From the IMG/VR virus record IMGVR_UViG_3300037483_001012, positions 48,715-112,714 of that record: DNA of 64,000 bases; one strand, written 5' to 3'. The stretch is from a virus. A program made the position numbers and the translations under genes. Every line of letters starts with the position of its first letter. Within the stretch, counting starts at the first letter, position 1. The notes below the pieces were generated by a model that was not told the origin of the DNA, did not search any database, and saw only the letters and a program-made list of their open reading frames with translations. Shown in pieces: positions 46,241 to 56,166 of this stretch.

Positions 46241-47517
46241 ACGACCGTGCATTAACAATTCAGCCTGACCAAGCCCCCGAGCGCATCAAGCGGGAAAGCC
46301 AAGTCGTTCAACACCCGATTGCGGTATTTGACACAGCTCGTTTTGAACACCTCCAGCGGATCGCCGGCGGCATGGCCGAGGCCTCGCTGCTGCCGGAACA
46401 TCTGATCGTCTTCCGGAACCAAAATGGTCAGGTCGTTAAGCCGGACACTAATGGTGCGTCCCTCGACAAAAAGGCAACGCTTGGCAACTGCCTTATCGTC
46501 GTCAATCAGGCTGAGATTTGGAAGATGAATCCTTTCCAGCTCGCACAAAGCACATTCCGCACACCTGGCGGTCAGATCGGCTACGACGGGAAGGCCGTCG
46601 CCGCCGCCCTTTATGGGCTTGGAATAGAACTTGATCACGAGTTTAGCGGCGAGATCTCGACCGATAGTCGGGCGATTAAGCTATCTGGACCGCGCCCAGG
46701 CGACGGCAAAGTAGTTGAGATCATCGGCACCGTCGGGCAATGGAAGACCAAGGATCGCGATGGCAATATCAAACAAAATTGGAAGAACCAGCCCGATGAC
46801 CAATTGATTTATCGCGGAACCCGCCAATGGGCGCGGCGTCACGCGCCGGGTCTCATCATGGGCGTGATCACCGACGATGAAGTCGAAGAGATGCTGGAAA
46901 ACCAGCGCGCCTTGCGCGCCGTCACGGTCGGCGGGCCTTCCGGCCTCGCCTCTCGCCTTATCCCATCTTCGACAGGCGAAGGTTTCAACGGCGATCACGT
47001 CTCGCGCGAGATCGAAAGCGCGACTGCCGGAAAGGCGCCGGCCGCGGCACCGGCAACCGAACCGGCCGCCGCCGAACCGGCCGACAATGCGAACGAACAA
47101 CCGAAGACCGAAGACGCGAAAACCGAGGTCGACGACGCCGCTGTCCGGAATAGTCCGGACGCCGGATCAACGTCGCAGGCCGAGGAAGGCTCCGACCCCG
47201 CCGGCAAGACTGAGGCGGACCCGGGCCAATCGTCGACCGGTTCCCCAACCGGCGACGATACGGCGGCCGCCGGCGGCAATGCCGCTGGCGGCTCGCCATT
47301 CAACTTCAAGGCGTTCTCCGACGAGTTGAATAAGGCGACGCAACAAAAATCGCTCAAGGCATTCAGCGACGCGTTCCGGCTGAAGAACGCTTGGACCACG
47401 GAAACCGAGGCTGCCGAGACGCTGCGCAAGATTTACGAGGTTCACCAGCGGCGGATCAAGGACAAGACGGACTTCAAGGAAGTCCACGCCGAACTCTCGG
47501 AGTTGGGGGCAATATGA
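46237..47517 (+). CDS. recT: RecT-like single-strand annealing protein with long low-complexity C-terminal linker
   Basis: W.MNPF, IGYDGK, WK..PDDQLIYRG.R.WARR.APG..MGV..DDE; adjacent to recE. Confidence 0.8.
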   Translation: MNDRALTIQPDQAPERIKRESQVVQHPIAVFDTARFEHLQRIAGGMAEASLLPEHLIVFRNQNGQVVKPDTNGASLDKKATLGNCLIVVNQAEIWKMNPFQLAQSTFRTPGGQIGYDGKAVAAALYGLGIELDHEFSGEISTDSRAIKLSGPRPGDGKVVEIIGTVGQWKTKDRDGNIKQNWKNQPDDQLIYRGTRQWARRHAPGLIMGVITDDEVEEMLENQRALRAVTVGGPSGLASRLIPSSTGEGFNGDHVSREIESATAGKAPAAAPATEPAAAEPADNANEQPKTEDAKTEVDDAAVRNSPDAGSTSQAEEGSDPAGKTEADPGQSSTGSPTGDDTAAAGGNAAGGSPFNFKAFSDELNKATQQKSLKAFSDAFRLKNAWTTETEAAETLRKIYEVHQRRIKDKTDFKEVHAELSELGAI

Positions 47518-48110
47518 TTACCTTCCTCGACACCGAAGCGTCCGACCTGCTCAAGCGGGAACTGCCGCTGGACAATCCAGGCCAGCCCTGGGCGGTGTCG
47601 ATATCCGCCGAACTGACCGATATCAACGGCAACCAGCTCGCGTTCTTTTCCACGCCGATCCGCGCCGACGGCCGCAAGATCACGGAGAACGCGCGCAAGG
47701 TCCATGGCGTTTCGTCCGCCCAAGCCGGGCAAAGCGGGGTCGGCGAAGTGGTGGCGCTTGGCATGACTATCGGTTTCGCCAGCGAGTCGCGGTACGTCGT
47801 CGGCTTCGGTCTCGATTTCGATCGCCAGTTGATCCAAAGCCTGCTGATGCGCCGGAAAAAGGACACCAAGCTCTGGACGCGGCCAGGCCTCGAGTTCATC
47901 GACGTGATGAAGCCGGCGGCGCACATCTGCAAAATCCCATCGGACCACGAAAGCGGATCGTATCGCTGGCCGAACCTCGACATCGCCGCCGAGAAGATCC
48001 TTGGCGAGCCGCCGCGCACCGGATTCCATACGGCATGGGGCGATCTTCAGTTGGCCAAACGCATATTTTTCAAACTGCGCGAGCAGAACATCATCGAGAT
48101 CGTCACGTGA
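47514..48110 (+). CDS. DEDDh 3'-5' exonuclease
   Basis: FLDTE, VHGVS, FD, HTAWGD. Confidence 0.85.
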   Translation: MITFLDTEASDLLKRELPLDNPGQPWAVSISAELTDINGNQLAFFSTPIRADGRKITENARKVHGVSSAQAGQSGVGEVVALGMTIGFASESRYVVGFGLDFDRQLIQSLLMRRKKDTKLWTRPGLEFIDVMKPAAHICKIPSDHESGSYRWPNLDIAAEKILGEPPRTGFHTAWGDLQLAKRIFFKLREQNIIEIVT

Positions 48111-48574
48111 GCGCCGACCCAATCAAAATTGGCGACAAGGTGCTGTCAAAGCCTACGACAATCGCTTTTCATTGCGGCGATAAAAGCGGCGTGGTCGAAA
48201 AAGTCGATGGCAGTATCTTCATGGTGCGCATGGACCAAAGCGGGCTATTGGTGCCGTTCCGTCACGACAGTATATTGCGGACGGAACTAGCACCTCACTG
48301 CGACACGACAAGCGCGCTCGCCGAGTTTTTTCACCGCACCAGGTGGTCGATCGACGAACTTGCGCAGCTTGGGCCGGTCCTCCAAATGGACGCGGAGAAT
48401 CTGAAGGCCGCGCACTCGCTTGGCGACATTGAGTTGACCGCCAAGTGCACGGAGGAACTCGCGCGGCATGTCCTTCAAGCGCTCAAACTAATCGAACCGC
48501 TCATCGGGCAGCTTGAAAACCACGGGCCGCTCAGGGCGGCGTTCGACACGGTCAATAATTATTGGCGCCGATGA
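48107..48574 (+). CDS. Hypothetical protein
   Basis: GTGA overlap. Confidence 0.6.
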   Translation: MSADPIKIGDKVLSKPTTIAFHCGDKSGVVEKVDGSIFMVRMDQSGLLVPFRHDSILRTELAPHCDTTSALAEFFHRTRWSIDELAQLGPVLQMDAENLKAAHSLGDIELTAKCTEELARHVLQALKLIEPLIGQLENHGPLRAAFDTVNNYWRR

Positions 48575-48603
48575 TTGATTAATACCAACTAAAGGGAAAG
48601 ACC

Positions 48604-49173
48604 ATGGATGACAATGAAGATCAGCGGGAGCTTTCAGAAATTCCGCCAGATGAACCGATGGATAAGGTTAGGGTCAACTTCGATCTGCCAATTCCCGACG
48701 TTGAACAGGTGGTGGGGGAGATAGCCCGCCAAGTTTTGGCCGGAAACTACGCCGCCAAAAACGACCTGATGAAAAGGGCCAGAGAGGCGCTGGACGACAC
48801 GATCAATCGTGTTGTCGCTGAGAAAGTTGAGTCGGTAATCCTGACAATGCTGGAAAAACCAATCCAACCAACCGACGCATTCGGCAACCCAATAGGCGAG
48901 CCGACAACGCTGCAGGGCGCACTGGCGCGGCGTGTGACAGATTGGGCAAGCGACATTACGGATTCTGACGGCAAACCCACAAAGTCGGATGGCTATAATA
49001 ATTCGCTCGTTGCTCCGCGCATGAACTGGATGCTTGGCAAAATCGTCAACGGTGAGTTGAAGAGGCTGGTTGATGTCGAAGTCAACCGCATCATCGGTGA
49101 ATTGAAAGCCAGCGCCACCAAAAACATTGCCAATCAGATCGCTGAAAAGATTTCTAGCCTCGTCTTAAAATAA
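48604..49173 (+). CDS. Hypothetical protein
   Basis: 189 aa ORF with RBS. Confidence 0.7.
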   Translation: MDDNEDQRELSEIPPDEPMDKVRVNFDLPIPDVEQVVGEIARQVLAGNYAAKNDLMKRAREALDDTINRVVAEKVESVILTMLEKPIQPTDAFGNPIGEPTTLQGALARRVTDWASDITDSDGKPTKSDGYNNSLVAPRMNWMLGKIVNGELKRLVDVEVNRIIGELKASATKNIANQIAEKISSLVLK

Positions 49174-49208
49174 ACGCCGCTGATCGTTGACCTATACTGG
49201 AGACCGGG

Positions 49209-49433
49209 ATGAAACGCATTTACACGAACAGCGGCAAATCGGCCCCCGCTTGGTATGTGCGCTCGGTCTTGGCCCTCGCCCTTGCTCCACTGATGCTTTT
49301 GGCTTTTCTGTCCGTGCTCACGCGAGAAATCTGGCGCGCATTTAAGTATGCGTGGCTTGCGGTCTTGATTGAGTTTGACGCCTTCAGACGACAGTGGAAT
49401 CGCACGACGCCGCCAACGCAGAGGACCAAATGA
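49209..49433 (+). CDS. Small membrane protein
   Basis: GGAG RBS, TM segment. Confidence 0.55.
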   Translation: MKRIYTNSGKSAPAWYVRSVLALALAPLMLLAFLSVLTREIWRAFKYAWLAVLIEFDAFRRQWNRTTPPTQRTK

Positions 49434-49816
49434 CCCTACGCCAGCGCCGGCCCCGCCAACGCGACGAGGCTCACCTCCGCTTCATCCGCGGTCTGCCCTG
49501 CTGCGTTTGCTCGAACAACACGGCAACCGAGGCGGCGCACGTTCGTATGGCCAGCGCTCGCTACGGCAAAGTCGAGGCCGGTGTCGGTGCCAAGCCGGAC
49601 GACGCATTTTGCGTGCCGCTCTGCGGCCGCGACCATCAAACCGGACCGGAAGCACAACACAAGATTGGTGAGCGCGCATTTTGGAATAAGCACGGCATCG
49701 ACCCGTTTGCGCTGGCGCTCACCCTTTTCGTCTTCAGCGGCGATCAGTCCCGCTGCGAGAGCATTATTCAGGCGACCAAGGCAGAGCGCCACACAAGAGC
49801 GGTGATAGCGGCATGA
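49430..49816 (+). CDS. DUF968-like HNH-fold protein
   Basis: HLRFIRGLPCCVC...EAAH...KPDD...PLC...H...H. Confidence 0.8.
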   Translation: MTLRQRRPRQRDEAHLRFIRGLPCCVCSNNTATEAAHVRMASARYGKVEAGVGAKPDDAFCVPLCGRDHQTGPEAQHKIGERAFWNKHGIDPFALALTLFVFSGDQSRCESIIQATKAERHTRAVIAA

Positions 49817-51579
49817 TCCACAATCTTCCCCCAGCCATTCTCGATAGCCACGTCGCGTGGCTCGGCAAGACAGGAGTCGGCAAGTCCGGTGGTATCCGCG
49901 CCGCTGTGATTGAGCCGATGCTCGATGCCGGCAAACGTATCTGCTGCATTGACCCGACCGATACCCAGTGGGGCATCCGCCTCAAGCCGGACGGCACACC
50001 ATCCAGGTATCAGGTCATCATCTTCGGCGGACGCCATGGCGATCGCCCGATCGGCCCCAACGACGGCGAGGCGATCGCCGAAGCCGTTGCGACGTCAAAT
50101 TCGTCGGTGATCATCTGCACGAAGCTGATGAGGGCGCTTGAGCGCACGAAGTTTTTTGCCGAATTCGCTGAGACCCTACTGCGGCTCAACCAAGGCGTTC
50201 TCCACCTCATCATCGACGAATCTCACCTCTTTGCGCCGCAAGCCGGCGGGATGGGCATGGGCAAAGAGTCCACCGCCATGCTGCACGCGACCAACGACCT
50301 TGTGTCGCTGGGCCGCGGTGCCGGACTTTGCATCATTTTGGCGACGCAGCGGCCCGCCAAAATCCATAAGGATTCCGTGTCTCAGTGCGAGACCCTGATC
50401 GCCATGCGCATGTCTCATCCGCTCGACCAAGCCGCAGTGGAGGACTGGATCGGCCTGCGCCGGATCAAGAAAATGAAGAAGGCGCCGGCCGACTTCCTGG
50501 AGCGCGCCGACGAGATTATGGGTGGCATCGCCTTCCTGCCAGACCGGGAGGCTTACGTTTGGGCGCCTGACCCGAAGATTAACGTCTTCGACCAGATCGC
50601 CTTTCGAACCTACAAGACATTTGACTCTGGCGAGCGCAATGTCCGCGGCGCCACCATTACGCTGACGCCTATCGATATGACGGCGCTCGAGGGCAAGCTC
50701 AAGCAGGTAGCCGAAGAGAAGGCCGCCAATGACCCGGAGAAGCTGAAGTCGGAAATTGCCAGGTTGCAGCGCCAGATCACAACGCAACAGACTGCGGCGC
50801 CAATTGAAGTCGACCGCATTGTCCACGTCGCCGATCCAATCGCCACCGAAAATGCACGCGCTCTTGGCCAAAAGCTTGGCTCATCGATCGGTCAGGTGGA
50901 TGGCTTCTTCAACGCAATGGACATCGTACGCCGCGTGCCGGCTTCGGGCCTTTATGCGGCCCTCGAGTCGGAGCACGTGAACTTGGTTGCAATTATGAAT
51001 GCCGTCAAGGACGGTGTTTCATCTTCGATCGCCGCGCCGCCACCGCCCGCTAGGGCCCAAATCTCTCGGCCGGCCGCGGCGCCACAGCGCACAATGTTAC
51101 AGGGATCAGGCCCTGGCATCGCTATGTCAAAGGCCGAGCGCCTCATCCTCACTGCGCTCGCCCAATACCCGCAGGGTCGCACCAAGGCGCAGGTCGCAAT
51201 CCTTTGCGAATACGCGGTGAACGGCGGCGGGTTTAACAATGCGCTCGGCTCGCTCCGCAGCAAAGACCATATTGAGCGGGGTGAGCCGCTCATGATTACT
51301 CAGTCTGGCGTCACCGCCCTTGGCTCGTTCCATCCGCTCCCGCATGGGGACGCCCTCCTCCGCCATTGGCTGGAGAAATTGGGGAAGGCAGAGCGGCTCA
51401 TCCTTGAGCATCTCGCCACGATCTATCCGAAGGACTCAACAAAGGAGCAACTCGGCGCCGCGACGAATTATGAGCCGGCCGGTGGCGGTTTCAACAACGC
51501 TTTGGGTCGTTTGCGCGCACTCGAACTGATTTCGCCGGCGGGTCGCCCGCTCAAAGCTTCAGACGATTTGTTCGGTTGA
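49813..51579 (+). CDS. HerA/FtsK-like ATPase with duplicated C-terminal wHTH
   Basis: GKTGVGKS, IDP, IIDESH, GRG.G, TQRPA; two GGGFNNALG.LR units. Confidence 0.85.
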   Translation: MIHNLPPAILDSHVAWLGKTGVGKSGGIRAAVIEPMLDAGKRICCIDPTDTQWGIRLKPDGTPSRYQVIIFGGRHGDRPIGPNDGEAIAEAVATSNSSVIICTKLMRALERTKFFAEFAETLLRLNQGVLHLIIDESHLFAPQAGGMGMGKESTAMLHATNDLVSLGRGAGLCIILATQRPAKIHKDSVSQCETLIAMRMSHPLDQAAVEDWIGLRRIKKMKKAPADFLERADEIMGGIAFLPDREAYVWAPDPKINVFDQIAFRTYKTFDSGERNVRGATITLTPIDMTALEGKLKQVAEEKAANDPEKLKSEIARLQRQITTQQTAAPIEVDRIVHVADPIATENARALGQKLGSSIGQVDGFFNAMDIVRRVPASGLYAALESEHVNLVAIMNAVKDGVSSSIAAPPPPARAQISRPAAAPQRTMLQGSGPGIAMSKAERLILTALAQYPQGRTKAQVAILCEYAVNGGGFNNALGSLRSKDHIERGEPLMITQSGVTALGSFHPLPHGDALLRHWLEKLGKAERLILEHLATIYPKDSTKEQLGAATNYEPAGGGFNNALGRLRALELISPAGRPLKASDDLFG

Positions 51580-51584
51580 GCGCT

Positions 51585-52412
51585 ATGGCACACGACAAAT
51601 ATTCACCAGATCAGCCACGCGTTCCTGGCGCCGACGTGATCTATCGACCGGCCGGGAATGCCGGCGAGTACGCACCGCTCGCGACGAACCCCTATTCTGG
51701 CTGTTCTCATGGTTGTAAATATTGCTATGTTCCTCTCGCAACCAAGATAGACCGAAAGGTGTTCGACACCGCGGCCGTCCCTCGCGCTGGTTTTATAGAT
51801 CGTCTTCGCAGCGACGTCCGCCGCTATCGCAAAGCCGGCATCTGCGATGGCCACCATGCCGATCAGGTTTTCATCACCTTCAGCTCGGACCCGTACCATC
51901 CCGGTAATCTGACGCAGACGGCGCGGACAATTGTGGCGCTGATCCAAGGCGGGATGTCGTTCTGTACGCTATCCAAGGGCGGAACGCGCGCGCTGGAATT
52001 CCTCGATTTCTATCGACCGGAGCGTGACGCTTACGCCGCGACCCTGACCACTCTCGACGATCGCTTCTCTCGGAAGTGGGAGCGGAACGCACCGCTGCCG
52101 GCCGACCGGATCGAGGCGCTGCGCGAGTTTCACCACCGCGGCATCTTCACCTGGGTCTCGCTGGAGCCAACGCTCGACGTCGATGCATCGCTGGAGATCG
52201 TCAGGGCGACACACCAGTTCGTCGATCTCTACAAAATCGGGCGCGCTAACTATCTTAAGGAGATTACCAAGACGACTGACTGGCGAGCTTACTGTCTCAG
52301 AATGATCGATGTTCTCCAGAGGTACGGTAGCGCCCACTACATAAAGAGAGACCTGCAAGAGTTTTTGCCGGTCGGCTACAGCAACTCATTACGCATTTCA
52401 CAGCACCATTGA
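51585..52412 (+). CDS. Radical SAM protein (SPL-like)
   Basis: NPYSGCSHGCKYCY (CX3CX2C), SSDPY, SLEP. Confidence 0.9.
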   Translation: MAHDKYSPDQPRVPGADVIYRPAGNAGEYAPLATNPYSGCSHGCKYCYVPLATKIDRKVFDTAAVPRAGFIDRLRSDVRRYRKAGICDGHHADQVFITFSSDPYHPGNLTQTARTIVALIQGGMSFCTLSKGGTRALEFLDFYRPERDAYAATLTTLDDRFSRKWERNAPLPADRIEALREFHHRGIFTWVSLEPTLDVDASLEIVRATHQFVDLYKIGRANYLKEITKTTDWRAYCLRMIDVLQRYGSAHYIKRDLQEFLPVGYSNSLRISQHH

Positions 52413-52417
52413 GGCGA

Positions 52418-53014
52418 ATGATGCCGGCACTAGATCTTTCGGCAAAGCGGTTTGGACGCCTCGTTGTAACAAAGCGAGCGGTTGATGGAATGCTGCCAGG
52501 TGGCCGTAGGTATGTCCGTTGGCATGCTCGCTGCAACTGCGGGAGCGACACCATAGTTTCGGCGGCGCATCTTCGCGCCGGCATCACGAAAAGCTGTGGC
52601 TGCCGGAGACGCGACAATAGAATCGCTCCACATATTAAGCACGGTGAAGGCGGCCGCTCAAAGAGCGCTGAGTATCGTGCGTGGATTGCAATGAAAAACA
52701 GGTGTCTCAATCCAAATCAGGACAGGTTCGCAGACTACGGTGGGCGGGGCATTTCCGTCTGCGTCAGATGGCTCAAAAGTTTTGAGAATTTTCTATCCGA
52801 CATGGGCCGAAAACCGTCCCCGCTGCACACCCTCGATCGCAAAGACAACAATGGAGACTACAAGCCGTCCAACTGCCGCTGGGCGACACCGGAACAGCAG
52901 CGCGCCAACCAGCGACGTCGGCTCCGCTTGGACCAATTTACAGATCAGGAACTCGTCGAGGAGATAGTTCGGCGAGGTTACCCGAACCCGCTGCGCATCC
53001 CGCAACACCACTAA
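52418..53014 (+). CDS. HNH homing endonuclease
   Basis: FGRLVV, CNCG, TKSCGC, YGGRGI.VC.RW, TLDRKDNNGDY.PSNCRWAT. Confidence 0.9.
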   Translation: MMPALDLSAKRFGRLVVTKRAVDGMLPGGRRYVRWHARCNCGSDTIVSAAHLRAGITKSCGCRRRDNRIAPHIKHGEGGRSKSAEYRAWIAMKNRCLNPNQDRFADYGGRGISVCVRWLKSFENFLSDMGRKPSPLHTLDRKDNNGDYKPSNCRWATPEQQRANQRRRLRLDQFTDQELVEEIVRRGYPNPLRIPQHH

Positions 53015-53090
53015 ACACCAGACTTTCGAGAATTCCGGCTGCCGCCGGCTATCAGAAAATTGATACTCAAACCGAACATCAGGAGGACCT

Positions 53091-53957
53091 ATGAAAGCCC
53101 ATCTCATCATCATCGATCCGCAGAACGACTTTTGCGACATTCTCGCCGGCCCTGACGATCCGGTCGGGCTCGCCCTGCCCGACGGCACCAAATTCCGCTC
53201 CAGCCTGCCCGTGCCCGGCGCTCTCGCCGATATGGGGCGCGTGGCTGGCCTGATCAAGCGCGTCGGCAAGCGGCTGGACGACATCCATGTGACGCTCGAT
53301 TCGCACCGCGTAATCGACGTCGCGCACCCCGGGTTTTGGCGGAACCAGGACGGCAAGCAGCCGGACCCATTCACGATGATCGGCCACGACGATGTGAAGA
53401 ACGGCATTTGGATGCCGCGCGGCCAGCAATACCGCCAACGCATGCTCGACTACACCGCCGCGCTGCAGGCCGCCGGCAAGTTTGTGCTGATGATCTGGCC
53501 GGAGCATTGCCTGATCGGAAGCTGGGGCCACAACGTCGTCGGTGTTCTGAAAGACGAACTTGACGCATGGGAGCGGTCGCAGTTTGCGAACGTGAACTAC
53601 GTCACCAAAGGCACCAATACCTTCACCGAGCACTACGGCGCGCTGATGGCTGAGGTGCCGGACCCGGCCGATCCGTCGACCCAACTCAATGGCGAATTCA
53701 TCTCGGTGCTGCAAGACGCCGACATCATCGGCATCGCCGGCGAAGCATCCTCGCATTGCGTGAAGACGACTATCGAGCAGATCGTCGACAACATCGGCGA
53801 CGGCCATCTGTCGAAGATCAGCCTCTTGACCGATTGCATGTCGCCGGTCCCGCAGACCCCGGGCGCCCCGGACTTCCCAGCGATCGCCAAGCAATTCCTG
53901 GACGACATGAAGGCCCGCGGGCTCACCCTCACCACGGCCGACGCGTTCCTCGCGTAA
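53091..53957 (+). CDS. Nicotinamidase/isochorismatase-family hydrolase
   Basis: IIDPQNDF, DSH, WPEHC, KG, AGEASSHCV. Confidence 0.88.
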   Translation: MKAHLIIIDPQNDFCDILAGPDDPVGLALPDGTKFRSSLPVPGALADMGRVAGLIKRVGKRLDDIHVTLDSHRVIDVAHPGFWRNQDGKQPDPFTMIGHDDVKNGIWMPRGQQYRQRMLDYTAALQAAGKFVLMIWPEHCLIGSWGHNVVGVLKDELDAWERSQFANVNYVTKGTNTFTEHYGALMAEVPDPADPSTQLNGEFISVLQDADIIGIAGEASSHCVKTTIEQIVDNIGDGHLSKISLLTDCMSPVPQTPGAPDFPAIAKQFLDDMKARGLTLTTADAFLA

Positions 53958-53992
53958 GCCCTCATCCATTCTGGTTTTTGATAGGAGACAAC

Positions 53993-54739
53993 ATGCCCCG
54001 CTTAGGCACCGACATCGAGACCCACACCCTCGCCGGCAATTTTACGTTCACCGGCGCCCGCATCGCCAACCTCGGCGCCACCGAATATACGCTCGTCGAC
54101 ATCGAGGTCGATATGAGTTCTTCCGTGGCCCCGTGGATCGACGATCTGCGCAAGATGGTCGAGACCGCGATCGAGTCCTGTCGCAAGTCGCCGCGGTCCG
54201 ACAACCTTCTCGTGCGCGTTGCCGGATTCTCCAGCGCCTTCGCTCACGGCACCAGGGAGGTCCACGGCTTCATTCCGCTCAACGACATTGATCTGGCGCT
54301 CTATCAAAGGTTGGTGCCGGGCGGAATGACGCCGCTCAACGATGCCTGCTTCATGGGCGTCGGCGCCATGCACAAGTACGCGGCGATGCTGTCCGATCAG
54401 GACTTCCTGGCCAACGGGATCACCTTCGTCATCACCGACGGCGCAGAAAACGCTTCGACATCAAGCATGGATATGGTCAAGCAGGAAGTAGCCAAGGCCA
54501 TGCAGTCGGAGGTTCTGGAGAGCCACGTCAGCGTGCTGATCGGCATCAATGCCAAGGACTCGAAGCAATATCTCGAAGCGTTCCGCCACGACGCCGGCAT
54601 GACGCAGTTCATCGACGCCGGCGAAGCGACGAAGGGCAAGCTCGCGAAGCTGGCCGAGTTTGTCTCCCAGTCGGTGTCCAGCACGTCGCAGGCTTTGGGC
54701 ACTGGCGGAGCGAGCCAGAATATCGCGGCGACGATCTAA
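53993..54739 (+). CDS. vWA domain protein (TerY-like)
   Basis: DMSSS MIDAS, GMTPLND, ITDG.EN, FVSQSV. Confidence 0.85.
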   Translation: MPRLGTDIETHTLAGNFTFTGARIANLGATEYTLVDIEVDMSSSVAPWIDDLRKMVETAIESCRKSPRSDNLLVRVAGFSSAFAHGTREVHGFIPLNDIDLALYQRLVPGGMTPLNDACFMGVGAMHKYAAMLSDQDFLANGITFVITDGAENASTSSMDMVKQEVAKAMQSEVLESHVSVLIGINAKDSKQYLEAFRHDAGMTQFIDAGEATKGKLAKLAEFVSQSVSSTSQALGTGGASQNIAATI

Positions 54740-54782
54740 ACTCGCCTGCCTGGCGACCTAAAAACTAAAAACGGAGAGAACG

Positions 54783-55268
54783 ATGAATCCGAATATCTGC
54801 ATCTACCATGGAAATGGCACGATACCATTTCTGGCCTATCTCGCTGGTCTGATTGACGGGGAAGGTCACATCGCGGTCTCACGCACGCACACTAGCGCGT
54901 CCGCGAAGGGTTGCCGTAGAGGTTTTTCATACAGGTCCAGCATCACAGTTGCCTTGACACATAAGGAGACGCTGGAATGGACTCGGTCGATGACAGGGCT
55001 TGGGACCATCGCGCCTAAGAAAACAAAAGCCATTCATAAGGCGGCATGGACTTGGGGGGTGTGGAGTATTGAGGCCATGCTGCTTGCGGAATTGTTGCTC
55101 CCATACCTGCGGATTAAACAATTTCAGGCGAAAAATCTTATCGCGTTTCAGCGTCACATGAGGCGGCCTGGGTCCAAAGGACTCACCGATATAGAGTGGG
55201 GCGAGAGATTGCAACGCTACGAACAATCCAAACTATTGAATAAACGGGGCGCGGCAAATGCATCCTGA
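54783..55268 (+). CDS. Single-motif LAGLIDADG homing endonuclease
   Basis: YLAGLIDGEGHI, LLPYLRIK..QA. Confidence 0.9.
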   Translation: MNPNICIYHGNGTIPFLAYLAGLIDGEGHIAVSRTHTSASAKGCRRGFSYRSSITVALTHKETLEWTRSMTGLGTIAPKKTKAIHKAAWTWGVWSIEAMLLAELLLPYLRIKQFQAKNLIAFQRHMRRPGSKGLTDIEWGERLQRYEQSKLLNKRGAANAS

Positions 55269-56166
55269 TATTTGTATTTATCATGGGGCGTGCGCTGATG
55301 GATTCACCGCCGCATGGGCCGTCCGCAGTCGGTACGGCGACGGCGTTCAATACGTCCCCGGCTTCTATGGAAAAGAGCCACCAGATATGAACTCGAAAAA
55401 CGTCGTCATGGTCGACTTTTCCTATAAGCGTCCGGTGCTCGATGGCCTGCTTCAATCCGGCGACGTGAAGCAGGCCATGACCATTCTGATCCTCGATCAC
55501 CATAAGACTGCCGCCGCCGACCTTGCCGGTATCAAAGCTCCGGAGGGCTCATATGACGCGCGCCGGTGGCGCGCTGGGTGGGAGCAGGAAATGGATTGGC
55601 CGGTGCGGGCCGTGTTCGATATGGACCGCTCAGGAGCGCAGATCGCGTGGGACTACTTCCATCCCGACAAATCCCGCCCCAAACTGGTCGACTATGTGGC
55701 CGACCGAGACCTGTGGCTGTTCAATCTGCCGAAGTCGCGGGAGGTCGCGGCCCTCATCTTCTCCTACCCCTACGATTTTGACCGCTGGGATTGGCTGGCC
55801 GAAAAAATGGAGACGGACTTCGACACGCTCGCCGCCGAGGGCGCCGCGATCGAGCGGAAGCACTTCAAGGACATTGACGAGTTGCTGGCGCAGACGACCC
55901 GCGAAATGATCATCGGCGGCCAGCGGGTAAAGGTTGCCAATCTACCGTACACCATGTCGTCGGACGCCGCCGGCAAGCTGGCCGATGGAGCGCCGTTCGG
56001 TGCCTGCTACTTCGATCGAGCAGACGCTCGCGTGTTCTCGCTGCGGTCACGCGGCGATGCCGGTGCAGACGTCTCCGAGATCGCTGCTCGGTATGGCGGT
56101 GGAGGGAACAGGAACGCTGCCGGCTTCCAAATGCCAATCGGATGGGAAGGCGATCCAGCAATATGA
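55258..56166 (+). CDS. DHH/DHHA1 phosphoesterase
   Basis: IYHG.C.DG, VDFS, LDHH, RSGA, DRDLW, SLRS, GGGGN..AAGF. Confidence 0.9.
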   Translation: MHPDICIYHGACADGFTAAWAVRSRYGDGVQYVPGFYGKEPPDMNSKNVVMVDFSYKRPVLDGLLQSGDVKQAMTILILDHHKTAAADLAGIKAPEGSYDARRWRAGWEQEMDWPVRAVFDMDRSGAQIAWDYFHPDKSRPKLVDYVADRDLWLFNLPKSREVAALIFSYPYDFDRWDWLAEKMETDFDTLAAEGAAIERKHFKDIDELLAQTTREMIIGGQRVKVANLPYTMSSDAAGKLADGAPFGACYFDRADARVFSLRSRGDAGADVSEIAARYGGGGNRNAAGFQMPIGWEGDPAI

